Assembly: GCF_036321535.1 (NCBI RefSeq)
Contig: NC_087437.1
Span: 49,602,001 to 49,666,000, forward strand
DNA from: Camelus dromedarius
Taxonomy: Eukaryota
Reading direction: 5' to 3'
Length of the DNA stretch: 64,000 nucleotides
Part shown: positions 1 through 11,759 of the stretch, piece after piece
Numbering within the stretch: position 1 is the first letter of the stretch
Layout: each line of letters starts with the position of its first letter
Notes under the pieces: model-generated
Told to the model about the DNA's origin: nothing
Database searches by the model: none
Seen by the model: the letters and a program-made list of their open reading frames with translations, nothing else
Translations under genes and position numbers: made by a program

Positions 1-357
1 TTTTCTGCTCCCACTGACTGGAATGTCCCTCCCTCTGACTCACCTTTGTCTGCTTGGCTCCTACCAGGAGTCTCAGCCAAGATGGCATCTCCTCTCTGGC
101 CCCTGCAGGTTGGCTTGGGTGCCTGTCCCAGTGTTCCCACCCAGTGCTCAACAGCCTCTCATGCTGGCCATTCACATCCCTGCTCACACTTTTGGTGTAA
201 TTGCCTACTTACCTGCTGACTCCCCCTAAGATGTTAACCCTCTGAGGGAGGGACTGGTCATATGCATTGCTGGACCGCCTGTGCCTGACACAGCTGTTGT
301 TGAAATATAGGTTTGTGGATTTGAGTGAAGTGGCAGATGAATGAGTGAGTGAATGAG
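1..357 (+). mobile_element. L2 LINE 3' end relic
   Basis: L2-like 3' motifs (gagggagggactgg...gtgcctgacacag) ending in the typical tgaatgagtgagtgaatga tail. Confidence 0.7.
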
Positions 358-409
358 GTGTTTTCTGGCCACTTGTATCCTTAAACTCAGACCTACTGGT
401 CATCATAAC

Positions 410-635
410 AATTTCCATCTTATACACGCATTTGTGCTAGGCTTAGAGGTTTGTATGCACTGTGTAATTAAATCCTTACAGTCACTCTGTGAAGTCAAGT
501 ATTGTTAGCATTATTTACCTGGGATGCTGAGATGCAGAGAAGTTGAGCTCCTTGCCCCCAGTCACAAAGCCAGCGGCAAAGCTCAGACTGCAAGCTTGTC
601 TGGTCCCAGAACTTGTGCCCTGAATGAACTCTGCC
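410..635 (-). mobile_element. MIR SINE
   Basis: Reverse MIR core, including gctgagatgcagagaagttgagctccttgcccccagtcaca. Confidence 0.7.
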
Positions 636-859
636 TCCAGACTCTGCCTCTGCTGTTTCCATCTGACCCTGGCTTGAGCGGAGGGCTTGGCTGACTCAAT
701 GGCTCTGCATTCTGTCTGAAGGAGATTTCTGTGTCCTGCAAACTGTGCCAAATAGGTGTTCGTCACCTTCTCCTTTAGGGCAGGCCCGGTCTAGATGGCA
801 TCATAAAGTACTCCAGAATAAATATACAGAATATATAGTTTTTAAAATATTTTAAAAAC

Positions 860-1255
860 CTTTCATTTTGAATTAATTTCAACTTACAGAAGAGTTGCAA
901 GAATCAAAGAATGCCCATAGACCCTTCACCAGATTCACCAATGGTTAATATTTTGCCAAATTTGTCTTGTTTCTCTTTTAAAAAAAGTATGTTTTCTGAA
1001 CCATTCAAGAACAAGCTCCAGCCTTTGTTATGTCACTTTACTGCTAAATACTTCACAGTGTATCTCCTAAGAGCAAGGACATTTTCTTATATACCATGGG
1101 AGTTATCAAATTTAGGCAATTTAACGTTTATTAAATACTATTATTGGTATACAAATTTCAAAAATTATCTCAATAATATCTTTTATAATATTTGTCTCCA
1201 ATATGGGATCCAGTCTAGTATATTTACTTATCATGCTGTCCTGTTTGTAACGTCT
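860..1255 (-). mobile_element. Old L1 (L1MC/L1MD-like) 3' end
   Basis: aatttcaacttacagaagagttgcaa...tatctcctaagagcaaggacattttctt is typical of antisense old L1M 3' ends. Confidence 0.7.
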
Positions 1256-1260
1256 CCAAT

Positions 1261-1386
1261 GGGGAGGGGATAGCTCAGTGGTAGGGCATGTGCTTAGCAT
1301 GAATGAGGTCCTGGGGTCAACCTCCAGTCTCTCCATTTAAAATAAATAAACAAATAAGCCTAATTACCCACTCCCCCGAAACAAAA
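1261..1386 (+). mobile_element. tRNA-Ala-derived SINE (Vic-1 type, camelid)
   Basis: Head ggggaggggatagctcagtggtag...tgcttagcat...gaggtcctggggtcaa (A box, AGC anticodon loop, B-box-like), then A-rich linker, cctaattacc and an A tail. Confidence 0.9.
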
Positions 1387-1444
1387 GCCTCCAAAGTTTC
1401 CCCTGAACATTTTGATTACGGCCTCTTGCCTCAGGTTCAGGGGA

Positions 1445-1615
1445 TGGCAATGTGCTTGTTGAGATCAGGGGCACTGGACCATGAGTTCCAGACTGAGACC
1501 CCAGGCTTTGTTCTGTTCTTGACTTTGACAAGACCTTGGGGCCTCAGTTTCTTCACCTGTCAGTGGGTGAAGGCAGAGTTGGGTTTAAGCATGTCCAAAA
1601 TCCTCTCCACTCCTT
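1445..1615 (+). mobile_element. MIR/MIR3 SINE
   Basis: Core gcctcagtttcttcacctgtcagtggg. Confidence 0.6.
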
Positions 1616-2185
1616 AAATCACTAAAACAAATAAACAACAAAATATGATGTTTTTAAAACCTTTTTTTCTTAAAAAAAAAATTTAGGTAGGAAGAAACCT
1701 GCCTCCTTCAAAACCTGTCAGTTCTGAAAGCCTGCTAAATGATTTTATTTTCCGGATGTCTTACTTCTACAACGTCATCTTTTCTTTGCCATTATCTTCT
1801 GCAAATGCTTGGCTGACAGTCTTTTTCATCTTAGAAGTATTTTGAACATAATATGACTGTTTATTTAATGTCTCGTGCACTTCAGAAGATAATGACCAGA
1901 AGAAGGGACTGTTTACCTATTTTTTTCCAGCCCTGTAGCTCACTCAGCCCCAGACTTTGCAGACAGCCTACATTAATTTGTCTTTATTCTGTCAGTTTGG
2001 AGTTAGATGAGCACTTGTGAGCTTTTATTCCTTCTCTTCTGCACCCTGATGTGGGTATGTTGCCCAGACTTCTTGGCATTTACATTTTCCTCCCATGGGT
2101 TTCATCACCCAGACACAAATACTTTGCGGGGAAATCCATCAGGTGGTTGCAAAGTTGTAAAATAGAATAATATTTTAGTCTTGAG

Positions 2186-2372
2186 ATTTTATTTTATTTT
2201 ATTTTATTTTATTTTATTTTATTTTATTTTATTTTTTTATTTTATTTTATTTTTGCAGGGGGAGGTAATTAGGTTTCATTTATTTATTTATTTAGAGGAG
2301 GTACTGGGGATTGAACCCAGGACCTCATGCTTGCTAAGCATGTGCTCTACCGCTTTAGCTGTACCCTCCCCC
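2186..2372 (-). mobile_element. Vic-1-type SINE with (TTTTA)n tail
   Basis: Reverse complement of the same tRNA-like head (ggaggtactggggattgaacccaggacctcatgcttgctaagca...agctgtaccctcccc). The (TTTTA)n tail lies at about 2186-2255. Confidence 0.9.
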
Positions 2373-3379
2373 TAGGCTTCAAACTATTTTTTTTTCTCCT
2401 CCCTGCTATCCTTAATGACATTTTAAAATAGTTGGTGGCAGATTTTTAGGTGTCAGGTATTTGTTACTTCAGAAGTGATCTTCCCTGTGGCAAGCATATG
2501 CAGACGAAAACAACTGCCCCTTCAGTGTGTTTGTTGACGGTCTACTTTGTTCAGGTGCTGCGTTGGTCCAGGGCATGCAGCAAGGAACCGAGGCCCTGCA
2601 GCCGGTGGGGGAGAAAAACTGGTACAAAAATAAGTCCAAAGGTAGGATAAGTGCTCTCCTAGAGGCGCTGACATGGGATGACGTGGTGCACTCTGGTACA
2701 AGAGCGAGTGATCAGCTCTGCCAAGACCACTGGGGGTCATGAAGCTATTCTCACACGTTCATTAACTTTAAAACCTTAATACTTTGCTCCATAGACAATT
2801 TGTGAATTATTCCCCGAGGGGTGTTTCTACTCCATTTTCTCATTTGATACAGACCCACTGAACTCTGAGCCTCTTGGGAAGAAGCAGTTTCTTTGTATCT
2901 TCAGTGAATCAGGGTGTCTCAGCTTGAAGCTGGGCATACAGCAGGCCCATAATAAATACTTGCTGAACTCAGAAGTTGCGTTAACATTAATAGTTGTGCA
3001 ACAGTGGCCACCACATTCAGTACTGACAGAAATAGTCCTCCTTCCTCTGATGATTCCACATTAAGGAGGCAGCTCAACATGAAATGTAGGCAGGGGATGG
3101 CCCCAGGGAGGTGGCATTTAAGGCACCCTGTAAAGGCTGTGAACCTTTTGAACTGGGAGAAAGCCAGGAAGTCCTAGAGTAGGTGAGCCTGACTGTGCCC
3201 AGGTTCCTGGAGTGAGTCATGAAATGGGTCTTGCTGTGTGAGGCAGGGTAGGGGGTGGGAGATATGCAGAAGGAGACATCCCTACACAGAGGCTTCTTCC
3301 ACAAGACGTGGGTTCCAGGCAAGTTTAAAACTGTGTGGTCATAATTCTGTGAAAAAAATTTTTTTGTCTTGTGGACTAG

Positions 3380-3481
3380 CAATTTTTTTTTGTAGTGTAT
3401 ATCTGTTAATCTCTTATTCCTAATTATCCCTCCCCTCCGCCCCTTCACCTTTGGTAATTATAAATTTGTTTCCTATGTCTG
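3380..3481 (-). mobile_element. L1 3'-UTR fragment
   Basis: tagtgtatatctgttaatc...cctttggtaattataaatttgtttcctatgtctg is the reverse complement of the L1 3' UTR seen at 10140-10240. Confidence 0.7.
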
Positions 3482-4090
3482 GGGCAAATATTTTTTATCT
3501 GTATCTGTGAGCCTGTTTGTTCATTTCCTGTTTCCTATATTCAACTTGGACTGCTTCGGAAACTTTGGAAAGAAATAAAAAATTAGTCTGGATAGGCATG
3601 GATTGATGGGTTAAAAACAAAACGTTTTGGGCAGAGGAGATGTGGTTAAACGGCAACAAGTGTGGAAAAAGAGGGCTGTTGGTTGGAGCTCAATGAAAGC
3701 TGGAGATGAGTAAGCAGTGCGTTCAGGCTGCTGCCCCCAGTGCTGATGTCATCTGGAGTACTGACAACACGGTCTTCCAGACACGTGGCCTGGCACCTGG
3801 AGGAAATAATCATAAATGAACCCACAGATTTATCAACAGATGTTCACTAGCATTTTATTTGTGAGTGAAAAGTGGAAGTAAATTAAATGTCCAACCATAG
3901 GGTTCAGAAGCCAATCATGATGTGGTACGAAGCTGTGAAAATTTTCATGAAGAATGTTTATGAAGAATAATTAGTAACATGGTATTTTTATATTAATAGA
4001 TTACATTTATAAACATTAAAGCAGGAGGCTTTTGCCTAGAAACCTCTCCTTCAAAAGGCCGAAACAAAGGAGAATTAACAGATATAAAGT

Positions 4091-4199
4091 GGGAAAGGGT
4101 GTAGCTCAGGGGTAGAGTGTGTGCTTAGCACCTGGGCTCAATCCCCAGTACCTCCATTAAAAAAATAAATAAACCTAATTACTTACCCATCCTCTAAAA

Positions 4200-4250
<51 letters not shown>

Positions 4251-4259
4251 AAAACAAAA
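4091..4259 (+). mobile_element. Vic-1-type SINE with (AAAT)n tail
   Basis: tRNA-like head with a ~10-nt deletion after tgcttagca. (AAAT)n at 4197-4250. TSD aacagatataaagtg (4077-4091) / aacagatgtcaagtg (4260-4274). Confidence 0.9.
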
Positions 4260-4290
4260 AACAGATGTCAAGTGTTCTGATGAGGGAAGG

Positions 4291-4643
4291 TGTCTCGGTC
4301 TATTCAGGCTGCTATAACAAAATATCACAGACTGGATAGTAATACACAACAGAAGTTTCTATCTCATAGTCCTGGAGGCTGGGAAGCCCAAGACCATGGT
4401 GCCGGCCTGGCTGGTAAGGGCCCTCTTCCAGGTCATGGACTTCTAATGGCATCCTGATCATATTCTCACGTGATGGAGTGGGCTGGGGACCTCTGGAGCC
4501 TTTTCTGTAAGGCACTAATCCCATTCACGAGGGCTCCACCTACTTAAGCACCTGCCAAAGGCCCCACCCACTAACATCAGCATGTTGGAAGTTAGGATTT
4601 CAAAATATGCGTTTTGAGGGGACACAAATATTCAGACCACAGC
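4291..4643 (-). mobile_element. MaLR solo LTR (MLT1A-like)
   Basis: TG...CA ends; tgtctcggtctattcaggctgctataacaaaata...gacacaaatattcagaccacagca. Homologous to the copies at 21995 and 56213. Confidence 0.88.
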
Positions 4644-5029
4644 AGAGAGGATGTTAGGCTTGCATTATGGGGCTCAGGAGGACCTCAGTGGATATTATAG
4701 GTGGAAGTTATCCAAAACAAAAGTTGGCTCTTAAAATTTTACTTTAATCTTTAGTTACAACATTTTATCAGCAGTAAAAATTTTGTAAAAAGGGAAACAT
4801 TTTGGCCACAATTAGATTGCTTTAATGCCTCAGCTGTTACATTATCTTGTTCTCTCTGGTCTTTGTCAATTTGCATGCATCCTTTTGGGGTGCAGTCATT
4901 GTCTAGTTCACAGACGGTCGGTAGTCATGTACAACTGTGCTCTCCTACACCATGGCCAATCCCAGTAACTGAGGGCCCCTGGAAGCGGCCTCTGGGTCTT
5001 TTTCATCGTATTTCTCTGAGAAGTCACAG

Positions 5030-5225
5030 CCAACCACAATAAAACTGTCAACATCAAGCCAGGCATTGTTCCACAAGTTTTATTTAGATTAGCACATTTA
5101 AGCTTGTCTTAATAATCTTGTATTAAATGTGATAGTATTATTATCCCCGTTTTACAGATGAAGAAACTAAGACCTAGAGTAGTTAAGTCATTTTGCCCAA
5201 TTGAAAGCATTTGGTAGGGAAGTTG
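5030..5225 (-). mobile_element. MIR SINE
   Basis: Core attatccccgttttacagatgaagaaactaag. Confidence 0.8.
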
Positions 5226-5959
5226 AAACTCTTCAGTCATCTTATAATTGACTTTATTAAGCATTATTTTTAAAAAATGAATAAGACATCATCAACAATT
5301 TCTATTTTGCTCTATGATTTTCAAAATTATAATGTGCTATGATTGTGTAAGAAATAAAAAATCTTCATTATAGTTAAGACTGACTAAAACTGGAATGAAA
5401 AGATGTTTGTTATACTCATTTAAGCAAAAGCTGGATAATCGCTCCTTAGGGATATTAGATGGGTAGGGCTTATACCTGGGGTATGGAGTTAGATGAGGTT
5501 TCAGCTTAGAGCCTTTCCAACTTTGTAATTTTATGATTCTCTGAGTAGGTGGTACCTGTCTGAGCTCTTTCATAGACCTTAAAGAATCTTCTGGAGACAT
5601 ACATAACTCAAAACTGAAAACCCCTTTTTTTGTGTTAAGTGCATTTGCCAGCAGATGGTTGAAATTCTTTTAATTAAGGACAACGAATTAAAAATAAGGC
5701 TTAATTTTTAGGATAAGGAATTTTGACACATAATCATATTAAGAAGTACACGATAAAGGTGATTTTTTTCAAGAGGAGGCTTTGAAGTGAAGAGGGTAGA
5801 AAAGCACTGTAGGGCCTTTATGACCTAATGAGATGAAATGGAGTGAGAGGAAGAAGCTTTCACCGAAGGGGTGAACAAGAGAAAAGGGAAGTCGTGGCCT
5901 CCCAAAAGAAACTTCACTACCTACCAGTGTGGCCTAGACCCAGTCCCGTTCGTCTCATG

Positions 5960-6070
5960 CAGTCACCGCTTTTATTTGATTCTGTTTTAATTGGTCTGAG
6001 GTGTGGTCTCGGCATCATTTAAAAAGGTTCCTAGGTGATTCTAATGTACAGCCAAACTTGAGAACCATTG
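5960..6070. mobile_element. MER5A-like hAT-Charlie MITE fragment
   Basis: Terminal motif aggtgattctaatgtacagccaaacttgagaaccattg. Confidence 0.7.
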
Positions 6071-6082
6071 TCTTCAATCCAG

Positions 6083-6083
<1 letters not shown>

Positions 6084-6121
<38 letters not shown>

Positions 6122-6137
6122 TGTGTGTGTGTGTGTG
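6084..6137. repeat. (TG)n microsatellite
   Basis: TG run with one TC interruption. Confidence 0.97.
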
Positions 6138-6410
6138 TTTTAATTTCAGGTTTGTGGTCTTTCCAGGTGACACATTTGAATGGGCAATTGTCTTCATCCT
6201 CCATGGGAGGACTGCCTGTGCAGCACAGATTCAGTAACACTTTCTGGGTTGGCCCACCTGACTGACCCCTACGAGGGGCTGTGATGGGTGGTGGGCTGGG
6301 ACGCACAGATTCATCTTGGGAATAAAAGTAGAAATGATGAACAATGCTTATTAAATAAAGCTGCAATGGGAGGAAAAACAATAGTGCTTCCTTTGAAAAT
6401 TAAAACTTTT

Positions 6411-6552
6411 TTGTTTGTTTTTTGTTTTTGCTTTGGGGGGAAGTAATTAGGTTTACTTATTTAGTTAGTTATTTTAATAGAGGTACTGGGGATTGAACCC
6501 AGGACCTCATACATGCAAAGCATGTACTCTAACCACTGAGCATATCCTCCCC
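6411..6552 (-). mobile_element. Vic-1-type SINE
   Basis: Reverse tRNA-like head. TSD tgaaaattaaaactttt (6394-6410) / tgaaaatcaaaaccttt (6558-6574). Confidence 0.9.
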
Positions 6553-6559
6553 TTTCCTG

Positions 6560-6895
6560 AAAATCAAAACCTTTCTTTGAAAAACATCTGTATGATTGGC
6601 AAAACTCTAACTAGATTCAGCAAGGAAAAAAGACAGAAATCACCAATATCAGGAGTGGAAGAGATGACATCATTAAATATCCTAAGTATAGACATTAAAA
6701 AGATAACAGGATAATAAAGAAGTTGTATGGACAACTCAATGTCCATAAACTCAAAAATCTGGAAGAAATGAACAGATTCCTTGACGGAGATCACTTACCA
6801 AAACTGGCAGAAGAAGAAATGGAAAATATGAATAGTCCTATATCTATTAGAGAAAATTGCATTTGCAAGTACAAGTCTTTACCTCAAAACAAATA
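6560..6895 (+). mobile_element. L1 ORF2 fragment (between endonuclease and RT), decayed
   Basis: Translates in pieces to IGKTLTRF, IDIKKI and YGQLNVHKLKNLEEMNRFL...LPKLAEEEMENMNSPISIRE, resembling L1 ORF2p (YEQLYANKLENLEEMDKFL...LPKLNQEEIENLNRPIT). Confidence 0.85.
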
Positions 6896-7089
6896 AAACC
6901 CCAAGAAACCACTTCGGGTCAAAGCCATTCAAGAAAAATTTTGCTTTTAATTCATTCTTTCTCTCATTCCCCCCAAATCCAGATACTGGCTTTCTTAATA
7001 GGAAATTTCATTGTGTGTCTTTGCTAAATTGGTGATATCCCTCAGTTCTACTTCAAGATGGCTTATTCCATTTAAGTGGTCATTTGCTT

Positions 7090-7126
7090 TATTATTATTA
7101 TTATTATTATTACTATTATTATTATT
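7090..7126. repeat. (TTA)n microsatellite
   Basis: Direct read. Confidence 0.9.
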
Positions 7127-8394
7127 TTGCACTTATTTTAAATTAGCAGAATTTACCTTTCTGAGCATTACCATAAATACAATTACAGAAAAAAAAAAAG
7201 CATCCTTAAATATTATTTAAAGGGAAAGTAGGGCGCTTACTTGTCAGACAGCCTGACCTCTGGCCAGGCTGGGAAGCTTAGCCCTTCTGACCACAACTGC
7301 CCTCTTGAATCAGTTTTCTATGTATGTATTACGTTGATGAGTGCACCCTAGCAAATGGCTGCCAAGTTCTGGACTTTAAAAAATTAATTTCACTTCCTTC
7401 TTTTTTAAAGAACAAAGTAGTGACTGCCCTGGGAATATGTGAAGTTTCAGCACTCCAGTTGGCTTTGGATCCTGAATTGGTGCAGCCTGTTTGCCTGGTA
7501 ATCTCCTTGTCCGAGTGAGTTGTTAGGGGTAACCAAAGGCAGCTGATTACTTAATTGCTGATGCCGGAAACCAGGTTTTTCATTAGTTCCCGTCAGGATC
7601 TTGAGAGCAGCCAGTGTTCAGCCTCGCCTGGTTTCCATCCTTTCTAATTCAGAAAGTGTATTTTTCCCTAATGTAGTCACTAAGGCTTCAGCCTGCTGAG
7701 TTGTACACAGAATCAGCTGCTTATTAAAAACAAGTTGAAAATTTTCTATAGTCAATGTAGATAATTGATTTAAGGCAGGTAAATGAAACCATCTTATGTC
7801 ATTCAGATACAATTTCATTTTTTCTTTGAAGAGGCATAAAAGTGTTTCGTGGTTCCTGTTTCATTTTTGTTAGATCATTGAGGATACCTGAATATGTGGA
7901 ATGAGTGAGTACCTAGTATTCATATCAAGCAGATTGATCTCTCAGTGAATCTGTTTTCTTATGTAGTCTAGAGTGTTGGTTGTTACTGGCAAGTGCAGTT
8001 AAATTTAAGGCCCAAATTCAGTTATTTATATGGGTAGTAGTGTTTTGAGGACTTAAATTTGCCTTTAGAAAATAAGGTTTTCCTTCCTCTCCCTCCCATC
8101 AACCCCATGTTTGGTTATTCTAACACCAAGGATATGAGAACCCAGTGCCAAAGCAACCAGTTGAAAAGGGAAACATTCACATAATTACTAGTTGTTTTGT
8201 CTACACAGTGTGAAACAAGAAGTTGGCATGATTTTATTTTTCACCTTGTTGACAGTTTTGTTTTGTTTTGTTAGATTTCTTTGGACTGAAATGATTTGTT
8301 GAGTCAGTGTTGTGTAAATCAAACCCAATTCCACAACGCCTCTGTGACTGTTAGGCAGAAAAAAAAAAAAAAAAAAAAAGCAAGTGAAGAGTGA

Positions 8395-8560
8395 AAAGGA
8401 TAATTATACTGAATTCCAGGAGACCATGATTTTGTTCCAACTTTGTCACCAGCCAGTTACGTGACCTTGGGCAGGTCATTTTACCTCCTAGGGCCTCCAT
8501 TTCCTTAAGTGTTAAATGAGGAGGCTGGGCAAGACAAGTTCTCAGGTGTGTGGAATTTCA
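8395..8560 (+). mobile_element. MIR SINE
   Basis: gtgaccttgggcaggtcattttacctcctagggcctccatttcctt. Confidence 0.75.
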
Positions 8561-8866
8561 CCTTTGATTCTTTGACCAGGAGGATGCAGAATAAAGTGGT
8601 GTGATCCCCAGAGACCAGTTGGTTGGCTCAGGGAGAGAATCCGTTTTGTAGTTAATTTTTAAAACCAGATCACAACTTTTGGCTGGGTTTTAAGTTTAAA
8701 ATCATCTTTTTTCTTATTACAAATTGATTCATGTTGCTTGAAGGAAACTTAGCAAATGCAAATGAGCAGAAAGAAGAAAATTTAAATCACTTATAATTCT
8801 ACACTGAGATAGAACTAACGTCAACAAGGTGTATGCATTTCCAGGTTTATAAAGGTCACCGAAATA

Positions 8867-9543
8867 CAGTCAGTTTTGGTAACGTTTGTTTTAAAAACTT
8901 AAGTTTGTTCCAACATGATTTATTAGGGAGCAATTTTAGCAGGTTCACGTACGCACAGTTTCTTCCAGGAGAAACACTGGGTGAACGCAGAAAACTGTAC
9001 CCAGCTGCACTCACACGCACACGCATACTGTACAGGCACCCTCACAAGGACAATGAGCCACAGCCATTCTTGTTACAGCTTTTTGTCCCGAGTCAGATAA
9101 CCCTCCTGCCACCGATTCTCCGTAACAGGCAACCTGCGACCCTTCGCTCCCCTGGAACCGGGACATCGCCCTCCCTGTCTTTAATTTCTCCTTCCTCTCA
9201 GCCTATTTTGTATTGTTCCTCCCTGTTCTCTGTTCATTTTCCTCTCTTTTACTTACCTTCCTCTCCCTGTTTTTCTCTCTCTTGTTTTTTGCCTCTCCCC
9301 CATGGGGTGTGGGCATGGGAACCCTGGCGGGCAGCCTGGCAGGCACACATCTGCTCTGGGTCTCTTTCAAGGTAAAGTGCTATATTTATAAAATGCACAT
9401 TTAACTTGTGTAAAACCGTGCTGTTGTTTTTTAATTAAGTTCCTTTTTTTTTTTGCCGTCATCAACAGTTTTTGAGTGTTGTGCTGCACTCATTTTCCCA
9501 TGTCTTGTAGTTTTTATTGCTCGATTTTGCATAGTGCAGTAAT
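8867..9543 (+). mobile_element. Tigger13a-like TcMar DNA transposon, 3' TIR missing, with an internal foreign insert at ~9152-9355
   Basis: TA followed by the cagtcagttt TIR. Body is homologous to the reverse complement of 39330-40418 (e.g. gagaaacactgggtgaacgcagaaaactg). Confidence 0.82.
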
Positions 9544-9839
9544 AACTAACACTTACCAAATAAGAATAATTAGTAACTGAATAATAATTAAATGATAAAT
9601 AATAATTAAAATAAAAAATAATTAAATGACAGTTAACCATCATTTATTTAAATAATCCTTTAACTAGTGGTTTAATAAAGTACTGAATTATTAATTTTAT
9701 GAAATTTCAGCCCATGAGTGCACGTCCTATTAGTATGCTGGGTGATGAAATAAGAAGTACTCATGAGGCACTTCTGCTGCAGACTGAAGTCATGGTGAAC
9801 ATCTGGAGGAAGAGCCCTTGAGCCATTGTTTGAGTTTCA

Positions 9840-9965
9840 GTTTCTCAGTTTAAATTTCGAATATAGTAAATATTAATAGATTCAACGCAAATACAAGCTC
9901 AGCGGTGCACTCCATAATTTGTTAGCGTAAAGGGGTCCTGAGACCAAACCATTTGAGAACACCTG
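9840..9965. mobile_element. hAT Charlie1-like terminal fragment
   Basis: Terminal motif gtaaaggggtcctgagaccaaaccatttgagaacacctg. Confidence 0.7.
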
Positions 9966-10062
9966 CTAAATCCAGTCTCCCACAGCTTTTCATTCCTGCA
10001 GTGAAAGTATAACTTTTCCTTAGTATAGACTCTCAGAAATGCAACTTCCGAGCCTAAGAATG

Positions 10063-10406
10063 AATACAAATACTATATGGTATCATTTATATGTGGAATC
10101 TAAAAAACAAAACAAATGAATGAATATAACAAAACAGAAACAGACTTGCAGATACAGAAAACAAACTAGTGGTTACCAGTGGGAGTGGGAAAAGGGGAGG
10201 GGCATGATAGGGGTAGAGGATTAAAAGGTACAAACTATTATGTATAAAATAAATAAGCTACAAGGATATATCGCACAGCACAGGGAATATAGCTGGTATT
10301 TATAATAACTATAAATGGAGGATAATCTTTAAAAATTGTGAATCACCATGCTGTACACTTGAAACTAATATAGTATTGTAAATCAGTTATACCTCAGTTT
10401 AAAAAA
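10063..10406 (+). mobile_element. 5'-truncated L1 3' end
   Basis: Canonical L1 3' UTR (tgtggaatctaaaaaac...tgtacacttgaaactaatatagtattgtaaatcagttatacctc) with A tail. Flanked by aagaatg at 10056 and 10405. Confidence 0.9.
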
Positions 10407-10410
10407 GAAT

Positions 10411-10760
10411 GTGGATGAGTTCACAGTGTCCTTTTTATTTTTTAGATTCCACATATAAGTGATATGGTATTTTTCTTTCTCTTTCTGGTTTATTTCACTT
10501 AGAATGACAATGTCTATGTCCATTCATGTTGCTGCAACTGGCATTATTTTATTGTTTTTTATGGCTGAATAGTATTCCATTGTATAAATATACCACAGCT
10601 TCTTTATCCAGTCCTCTGCTGATGGACATTTAGGTTGTTTCCATGTCTCTGCTATTGTATATAGTGCTGCTATGAACATTGGGGTGCATGTATCACCAGA
10701 AACTGACATATTGTAACTGACTGTACTTCAATAAAAATAAATAAATAAAAAATAAAATTA
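10411..10760. mobile_element. L1 3' end with 5' inversion (minus 10411-10694, plus 10695-10760)
   Basis: The minus part encodes the ORF2p C-terminus (DTCTPMFIAALYTIAETWKQPKCPSAEDWIKKLWYIYTMEYYSAIK). It then switches to the sense L1 terminus and A-rich tail. Confidence 0.88.
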
Positions 10761-11759
10761 AAGAGGAATGCAAATTTTTTTTACAGGTTTATCTATACAG
10801 TGCCAAATTGCCCTCCAGAAGTGTGGTACCAGATTATATTCTTATAATTAGCATCTGAGTATGTTCATTTAATTTTGGCTAAATGTAGTTAACATCATAG
10901 GTCACTGAACATCAGATAGAGTACAAAGGTGGGGATCATGTTAAAGTTCTCCCAACTTCTTAGAAATATTTGGAACTTTTATATTTTGAAGTTTAAAATG
11001 ACTTTGAAATAGAGATATATCAGTAAATTTTAAGTCAGAGACAAAACCTCTTGTTTTGACCTCTTCTGAGAAGAAAACCCTAGAAGGGGACATTACAGAC
11101 ATCTACAAGTCTCAAGTTCAAGGCTTGGTGTCAGAACAAACAGATGTACATTTAAACATTGTTGTGGCCAAAGACATTGAGTCATAAACTGAAAGTTTTC
11201 CTTTAGAAAAATCACAGCCTGGGAGAAATACCATGAAAACACTACTTTTGAAATAGTTGAGCTTCTTAGAGTGAAAACACACGGAAATTGCTCTCCTGGT
11301 CCCCCTTGTCTTCCTTCTGGCCTTCCCTTTACCCCACCTCTCTGCTTCCCCTCCTAATTAGACCACTTGAGTCCACGCTCTGAAGGAGGCTTTTCGAACA
11401 AGCTTGGTCTCTCCAAGAATTGAGAGGAGTTTGACAAAACTGAAAGGGAGTTACAGAAGCAAAGCTGGTCGTCCGTCTCTCTTCTTTTGCCTTTCTTTGC
11501 CTTAATTAACCCAGATTTGAGTCCACATTCTTTTCTAATTTCTCTCAGATGCTCTCAGGCTGCTCTTATCCTGTAACATGACATAGTAAATAATCTTTTG
11601 TAATTATATGGAACGGGATGTATTTTTTAACTCACATCCATCTGAGCATCTCCAGAAATTCTGCATGGACAACTTCACTGACCCTCTTGGCGTTTCTGGT
11701 TTTATTTACTTTCAAGGTATCTGAAACAAAGCCATTTATTTCACTGTTGGAAAACAGAC

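Noticed and set aside
1261..1336. tRNA-Ala-like sequences here and near 2295, 4091, 6480 and 38138
   Set aside because: They are SINE heads with A-rich tails, TSDs and broken stems, not tRNA genes.
6001..6381. CV- and HT-repeat ORFs
   Set aside because: They are translations of the (TG)n microsatellite.
8833..9375. 180-aa ORF
   Set aside because: It runs through a non-coding Tigger arm and a pyrimidine tract; low complexity with no transposase motifs.
10524..10709. ORF with clear protein similarity (TCTPMFIAAL...MEYYSAIK)
   Set aside because: It is the L1 ORF2p C-terminus in a truncated, inverted insertion, not a host gene.
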